Positions 59,193 to 64,000 of a DNA stretch of 64,000 bases are shown piece after piece. The position numbers were made by a program, and so were the translations under genes. The notes beneath the pieces are model-generated. The model did not search any database, was not told where the DNA came from, and saw nothing but the letters and a program-made list of their open reading frames with translations. Position 1 is the first letter of the stretch, and every line of letters starts with the position of its first letter. Source of the DNA: an uncultured Clostridia bacterium (GTDB lineage: Bacteria > Bacillota > Clostridia > Christensenellales > UBA1242); assembly GCA_944376905.1 (NCBI GenBank), contig CALWEA010000001.1:72610-136609 (forward strand). Direction: 5' to 3'.

Positions 59193-59930
59193 GTGAGATT
59201 TTTGTTAGAGTTAAAAAATATTTCATATAAAGTAAAATCTAATAATGAGGAAAGATATATTCTTAAAAATTTAAATTTAAAGTTTGATAAAAATAAAATT
59301 GTTGTTATAACTGGGCAAAATGGAAGTGGAAAAACAACTCTTTTAAAATTAATAATGGGAATAGTTTCTCCTACAAGTGGTAATATTTTGTTAAATGATA
59401 AAGATATAACAAATTTATCTATTTTTGAAAGGGCTAATTTGGGTATTGCTTATTCTTTTCAACAACCTATTAAATTTAAAGGTTTAACTGTTAAAAAATT
59501 AATGCAAATTGCTCTTGGAAAAAATAATGCAAAAATTTCAACTATTTGTGAATATTTATCAAAAGTTGGTTTATGTGCAAGAGATTATATAGACAGGGAA
59601 ATAGATTCTAGTTTGTCTGGTGGTGAGTTAAAAAGAATTGAAATTGCAACAACATTGTCTAGAAACGCTAAAATTAATATCTTTGATGAACCTGAAGCGG
59701 GTATTGATATTTGGAGTTTCGACAATCTTATAAATATTTTTCAAACTTTAAAACAAGAAAGAAAAGGGATAACGATAATAGTAAGTCATCAAGAAAAAAT
59801 TATGCAATTGGCTGATGAAATTATTTTAATTAATTCTGCTAATGTTCAAAAATTTAGTGTTAAAGATGATGTTTTAAAACATTTGAAAAAAACTTATTGT
59901 GAAAAGTTGGTTGAAGGTGTGTATGAATAA
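59193..59930 (+). CDS. sufC: SufC-like ABC ATPase
   Basis: Walker A GQNGSGKTT, LSGGELKRIEIA (the SufC-type signature with the K-R pair) and Walker B INIFDEPEAG. The start is either GTG 59193 or TTG 59202, the latter 5 nt after GAGGTGA. Confidence 0.65.
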   Translation: MRFLLELKNISYKVKSNNEERYILKNLNLKFDKNKIVVITGQNGSGKTTLLKLIMGIVSPTSGNILLNDKDITNLSIFERANLGIAYSFQQPIKFKGLTVKKLMQIALGKNNAKISTICEYLSKVGLCARDYIDREIDSSLSGGELKRIEIATTLSRNAKINIFDEPEAGIDIWSFDNLINIFQTLKQERKGITIIVSHQEKIMQLADEIILINSANVQKFSVKDDVLKHLKKTYCEKLVEGVYE

Positions 59931-60936
59931 AAATATAAAGACATCAACAAAAGATGTTGAAAAAAACATAAAAAAATCTAATAAAATATTAAATGAAAAT
60001 AAAAAAAATGATACTATTTTATTTGATGGTTTGCGTGGAAAACTTTTAGAAGAAATTTCATCTTTACATGCTATTCCACAAACTCCTATATCAATAAGAG
60101 AGAACGGTTCTTCAAAAATATACAATTCTAATGAAGAAATACGAATTGTTTCTAAAAAAGATAAAAATGGATTAGACATTTTTATTGCTCCAAATACAAA
60201 AAACAAAAGTGTTCATCTGCCTGTTATTATAACACAAAGCAATATTCACGATATTGTCTACAATGATTTTTATATTGCAGAAAATTGTGATATTTTAATA
60301 GTTGCGGGTTGTGGTATCCACACTAATATTGGGGAAAGTTCTCATAATGGTGTTCATAATTTTTTTATAGGTCAAAATTCAAAAGTTAAATATATTGAAA
60401 AGCATTTGGGATTGGGCAAAGAAAAATCAAAGAAAGTATTGAATCCTACAACGAATGTCGAGATTAAAAGTAATTCACTTCTTGAAATGGAAACCGTTCA
60501 ATTGGGTGGTGTTAGTTTTTCAAAAAGAATAACCAATGTAAAAATAGGAGAAAATTCTAAATTTATTGTTAAAGAAAAAATTTTAACAACTAATAACCAA
60601 AAAGCAGTAAGTTGTTTTGATATTGATTGTGAGGGGTGTAATAGTAAAACGGAAATAGTAAGTAGAAGTGTTGCTAAAAATAATTCTTATCAAGAATTTA
60701 ATTCTAATGTTAAAGGAAAAAATGTTTGTTTTGGTAGGGTTGAGTGTGATGGAATTGTAATGGATAATGCAAAAATTTGTTCAACTCCTAAAATAGATGT
60801 TGAAGATGCTCGTGCGGAATTAAGTCATGAGGCACAAATAGGTAAAATTGCAAATGAACAATTGACCAAACTACAAACCCTGGGGTTAAATTTAGAAGAG
60901 GCTGAAAATTTAATAATTTCGGGATTTCTTTGTTAA
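59923..60936 (+). CDS. SufB/SufD-family Fe-S cluster assembly scaffold protein
   Basis: ATG 59923 overlaps the sufC stop by 8 nt. The C-terminus ELSHEAQIGKIANEQLTKLQTLGLNLEEAENLIISGFL matches the SufBD tail (HEA.vG.i...qlfYL.sRGi...eA..lii.GF). Confidence 0.65.
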   Translation: MNKNIKTSTKDVEKNIKKSNKILNENKKNDTILFDGLRGKLLEEISSLHAIPQTPISIRENGSSKIYNSNEEIRIVSKKDKNGLDIFIAPNTKNKSVHLPVIITQSNIHDIVYNDFYIAENCDILIVAGCGIHTNIGESSHNGVHNFFIGQNSKVKYIEKHLGLGKEKSKKVLNPTTNVEIKSNSLLEMETVQLGGVSFSKRITNVKIGENSKFIVKEKILTTNNQKAVSCFDIDCEGCNSKTEIVSRSVAKNNSYQEFNSNVKGKNVCFGRVECDGIVMDNAKICSTPKIDVEDARAELSHEAQIGKIANEQLTKLQTLGLNLEEAENLIISGFLC

Positions 60937-60999
60937 AGATTATTTATAAATTTGTTAAAGATTAATATAGATTTGTTAATGATTTATTATAAAATTATA

Positions 61000-61015
61000 T
61001 TAGATAAATATCTAA
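61000..61015. promoter_or_regulatory. Copy 4 of the palindrome (TTAGATAAATATCTAA, reverse complement of copies 1, 3 and 5)
   Basis: Exact string at 61000..61015, between the convergent sufB/D and sigG genes. Confidence 0.35.
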
Positions 61016-61120
61016 TTATGTAAAATCGTAAATAAAAATTAAATTAATAAATAAAATTTGTATAATATAAATTAAATAAATAAAATATTTTAGTATAATA
61101 AATTTAAATATTTTTTAAAT

Positions 61121-61156
61121 AAAAAAACCTTAATTTTTTTAAGGTTTAATTTTTTT
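61121..61156. terminator. Bidirectional terminator between sufB/D and sigG
   Basis: AAACCTTAA-ttttt-TTAAGGTTT, flanked by an A-run and a T-run. Confidence 0.65.
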
Positions 61157-61173
61157 AATCAATTAAATTAATT

Positions 61174-61947
61174 TTATGTTATATTTTTTCTTATAATTTC
61201 CAAAGCATTTTTTTCCAAACGAGAAACTTGTGCTTGTGAAATCCCAACTTCTTCACTAACTTCCATTTGTGTTTTTCCTATAAAGTATCTTAGTGTCACA
61301 ATTTGTTTTTCTCTATTATTCAATTTAACTAGGGCATCTTTTATAGCTAATTTTTCAATATAAATATCTGTAGAATTTTCACTATCACTAATTTGGTCTA
61401 AGACCATTAAAGAGTCGGAACCGTCATTAAAAACAGGCTCATTTAAACTTATGACATCGCTAATAGCGTCTAGTGAATATGAAATTTGAGATGCTGGAAT
61501 GTTTAAAATTGAAGATATTTCATCAATAGAAGGTTCTCTATTTTCTGTGTTTATAAACATTTCTTTAACTTGTAATGCTCTATATGCGACATCACGCAAA
61601 CTTCTAGATATTCTTATTGAATTATTATCACGAAGATAACGACGAATTTCTCCTGCAATCATGGGAACTGCATAAGTTGAAAATTTTAGTCCCAAACTAA
61701 TGTCAAAATTATCTATTGCTTTTAAGAGACCAACGCATCCAACTTGGAACATATCGTCAGATTTGTTGCCAGCAGAAGTAAATCGCTGAACAATACTTAA
61801 AACTAATCGTAGATTTGCGACAATAAATTCATTTCTTGCAAGTTCATCACCTTCTTTAACTTTTTTCATTAACTTTTCAAGTTCTGCGGATTTTAATTTT
61901 GGCAGTTTACTAGTGTCGACACCACATAAAACAACTCTATTCGCCAT
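61174..61947 (-). CDS. sigG: Sporulation sigma factor SigG (forespore, late)
   Basis: From MANRVVLCGVDTSKLPKLKS onward the sequence is nearly collinear with Bacillus SigG: CGVDTSKLP, NLRLVLS, FQVGC[IV]GL, KFSTYAVPMI.GEIRRYLRDNN.IR[IV]SRSLRD. ATG 61947 follows AAGAGGT. The listed start 62010 is an upstream extension. Confidence 0.85.
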   Translation of the reverse strand: MANRVVLCGVDTSKLPKLKSAELEKLMKKVKEGDELARNEFIVANLRLVLSIVQRFTSAGNKSDDMFQVGCVGLLKAIDNFDISLGLKFSTYAVPMIAGEIRRYLRDNNSIRISRSLRDVAYRALQVKEMFINTENREPSIDEISSILNIPASQISYSLDAISDVISLNEPVFNDGSDSLMVLDQISDSENSTDIYIEKLAIKDALVKLNNREKQIVTLRYFIGKTQMEVSEEVGISQAQVSRLEKNALEIIRKNIT

Positions 61948-62079
61948 ATTTAACCTCTTATAAATGTTAAGATATTTTATATGATTGACATTTAAAAAAA
62001 TAATATGCAAAAAAAATAAAAAAATATAAAAATAAATAGTTTAATAAATATTTTATCTTATAGTTAAAATCAGTTTTAT

Positions 62080-62095
62080 TTAGATATTTATCTAA
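62080..62095. promoter_or_regulatory. Copy 5 of palindrome TTAGATATTTATCTAA in the divergent sigG / spoIIGA control region
   Basis: Exact string at 62080..62095. It is 133 nt from the sigG start and 162 nt from the spoIIGA start. Confidence 0.45.
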
Positions 62096-62256
62096 AAACA
62101 TATTTTAAATTATTTATTTTAAAATATTATTTATTTTTAAACAACTATATAAATATTTTACTATAATAATTGGATATAACAAAAAATTTAAAAAAAATAC
62201 AATTTTAAACAAAAAATTATTTTGATTTTTTTTATTTTGAATATTAAACTTTTATT

Positions 62257-63120
62257 GTGGAAGTTTATATAGAAGATGTTTTTTTGGATAATCTGATAAT
62301 AGACTTTTTAATTCTATACATAACAAATAAAATTTTAAAAACAGGAAGTAAAAATTTAAGATTATTAATAACAAGTTTTGTTGGAGTTTTTTTTGTTGTT
62401 TTAAATCTATTTGTTAACTTAACAGGAGTTTTGTTATTATTTTATAAATTTTTAACAAGTGTTTTTATGATTTTGTTAGCGTTTAAAATAAAAAGTTTTA
62501 AAAACTTTTTTTTACATTTAGTTTGTTTTTTATTTGTAACGGCAATTATGGGGGGATTTTGTTTTTTCATATCTCTAACATTTGGAAAAGTTTTGATTTC
62601 AGAGAATGGAGTTGTTTCATATCAACTTGCATTACCTGTTTCAGTTATTATTGGTGTTATTAGTATAATAGGATTTCTAACTATCAATTTATTTAAATCA
62701 ATAAAATATAAAAGATTAAATAATGAATTTGTTTTTGATGTTTTAATAGATAATAAAGAATTATCTATATCTGAAAAAGCATTTTTGGACACTGGAAATA
62801 CATTTTTAGACCCTTTAACTGGAAAACCTGTTTGTTTTATTTCTTTTAAACTTTTTCAAAAGTTGTTTAAAAATATTTCTCTTGCAACCTTAATTTTAAA
62901 AAAATGTCCTATTGAATTACAAAATTCTCACTATGTTAAAGTAGGTTCTGTTGGAAAAAGTTCAGATATTCTTGTTTTTGAAATTGAGAAATTAAGCATT
63001 TTTCAAAATAAACAAATTACATTGACCGAATGTAATTGTTGTTTGGGTGTTAGTTTTGCAAAATTAGAAAACAAACTAGGTTGTTCTTTATTATTAAATC
63101 CAATATTGTTTTCAAATTAA
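62257..63120 (+). CDS. spoIIGA: Pro-sigma-E processing aspartic protease SpoIIGA
   Basis: Five N-terminal TM helices beginning MEVYIEDVFLDNLIIDFLIL, and the catalytic FLDTGNTFLDPLTGKPV motif. GTG start. Confidence 0.85.
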   Translation: MEVYIEDVFLDNLIIDFLILYITNKILKTGSKNLRLLITSFVGVFFVVLNLFVNLTGVLLLFYKFLTSVFMILLAFKIKSFKNFFLHLVCFLFVTAIMGGFCFFISLTFGKVLISENGVVSYQLALPVSVIIGVISIIGFLTINLFKSIKYKRLNNEFVFDVLIDNKELSISEKAFLDTGNTFLDPLTGKPVCFISFKLFQKLFKNISLATLILKKCPIELQNSHYVKVGSVGKSSDILVFEIEKLSIFQNKQITLTECNCCLGVSFAKLENKLGCSLLLNPILFSN

Positions 63121-63291
63121 AGTTTTTATATTTTTTATACTTTTTATAAACATTTTATATTATGAAACATTACAAATTATGAAACATCACAAATATTAAA
63201 AATAAAATAAATTAATTAATCACTGCTTTAATAAGTTATTTTTTTTAAAAATTATTGTTTGTATAATTGAAAAATTGTGTGTGAGGGTGTT

Positions 63292-64000
63292 ATGAATAAA
63301 TTAATAAAACTTATATTAAAATTTAAATATTTAATACGAAAAAATATGTTTATGTCTGCGCAAGATATTGTTTTGTATATTTGCGGGAACGAATCTTTGC
63401 CTTTACCTTTGGAATCAGAAGAAGAGCGTATTTTACTTGAAGAGTCTTTAAAAGGTAGTTTACAGGCCAGGGACAAATTGATAGAACATAATCTAAGGTT
63501 AGTTGTTTATATTGCCAAAAGATTTGAAAACACAGGTATGGAATTGGAAGATTTAATTTCTGTTGGCGCTATTGGTTTAATTAAGGCAATAAAAACATAT
63601 AATTTTGAAAAGAAAATTAAGTTGGCAACTTATGCGTCAAGATGTATAGAAAATGAAATTTTGATGCAACTTAGAAAAACTTCTAAACAAAAAATCGAGG
63701 TTAGTTTAGATGAACCTTTAAATTATGATAGTGAAGGAAATGAACTATTGCTTGCCGATATTTTATCTAGTGATGATAATGTTTCAAAAAATTTGGAACA
63801 AGATGCAGAAAAACAAATTTTATGGGCAAGTTTATCAAGACTTTGTCCAAGAGAACAAGAAATTATGAAATTGAGATTTGGATTAAGTGGGGGAGATGAA
63901 AAAACCCAAAAAGAAGTTGCGGATTTACTTGGTATTTCTCAAAGTTACATAAGTAGGATTGAAAAGAAAATTTTAAGTAAAATAAAAACAGAAATTCAAA
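63292..64000 (+). CDS. sigE: Pro-sigma-E (SigE), 3' end cut by the window
   Basis: Not in the ORF track because it has no stop within the window. The ATG at 63292 opens [14 protein letters not shown]... (pro-peptide). This is followed by [47 protein letters not shown] and [13 protein letters not shown], nearly collinear with Bacillus SigE. Confidence 0.9.
   Translation, partial: MNKLIKLILKFKYLIRKNMFMSAQDIVLYICGNESLPLPLESEEERILLEESLKGSLQARDKLIEHNLRLVVYIAKRFENTGMELEDLISVGAIGLIKAIKTYNFEKKIKLATYASRCIENEILMQLRKTSKQKIEVSLDEPLNYDSEGNELLLADILSSDDNVSKNLEQDAEKQILWASLSRLCPREQEIMKLRFGLSGGDEKTQKEVADLLGISQSYISRIEKKILSKIKTEIQ

Noticed and set aside
62011-62256. Spo0A boxes (TGTCGAA) or clear sigma-F/G promoters in the sigG-spoIIGA spacer
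   Set aside because: No exact 0A box is present. In such AT-rich DNA, matches to -10/-35 elements are too degenerate to call by eye.
63252-63476. 74-aa minus-strand ORF
   Set aside because: It is antisense to the 5' end of sigE. The sigE reading frame is collinear with Bacillus pro-sigma-E.

Overview
Very AT-rich chromosomal segment (G+C not computed; by eye well under one third) from an endospore-forming low-GC Firmicute, Clostridia-like. It uses the standard bacterial code: Trp is TGG, and TAA, TAG and TGA all terminate conserved genes.

Recognisable core genes:
- tRNA-Ser(GGA)
- a galU-like gene and gltX
- a fused MacB-type ABC transporter
- a DUF1538-type membrane protein plus a tandem P-II-like protein
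- glpK plus a lysophospholipase-like hydrolase
- an RluA-family pseudouridine synthase
- zupT
- a broken dcw block, with murE divergent from mraY-murD-ftsW/spoVE
- a uridine-kinase-like gene, dut and ppa
- sufC plus sufB/D
- the sporulation sigma cluster: sigG (inverted), spoIIGA and sigE (3' truncated by the window)

The left 7.9 kb is the 3' part of a giant FN3-like/GLUG repeat surface protein whose start lies outside the window. Much of the rest encodes orphan membrane or secreted proteins. These are separated by unusually long (about 0.3-0.75 kb) low-complexity AT spacers rich in mini- and microsatellites. I recognised no transposase, integrase, phage, CRISPR or cas genes.

Most noteworthy observations:
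1. A perfect 16-bp palindrome, TTAGATAWWTATCTAA, occurs six times. Copies sit just upstream of ftsW/spoVE and in the sigG-spoIIGA spacer. This is a candidate operator or regulon motif.
2. A small accessory islet lies next to tRNA-Ser: a stand-alone wHTH gene plus two unknown genes.
3. A GC-elevated, cysteine-bracketed beta-rich protein sits where murG would be expected, after ftsW/spoVE.
4. A protein made of 10 x 17-residue solenoid repeats is divergently paired with a polytopic membrane protein.
5. The DUF1538/P-II pair is preceded by a long terminator-like leader hairpin.
6. Large Asn/Lys-rich insertions interrupt conserved enzymes (GalU-like, ZupT, MurD).
7. ftsW/spoVE can only encode its conserved first TM helix if it starts at a non-canonical codon (ATA or ATT).

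None of these can be confirmed as a new system from sequence alone. The checks needed are listed with each finding.
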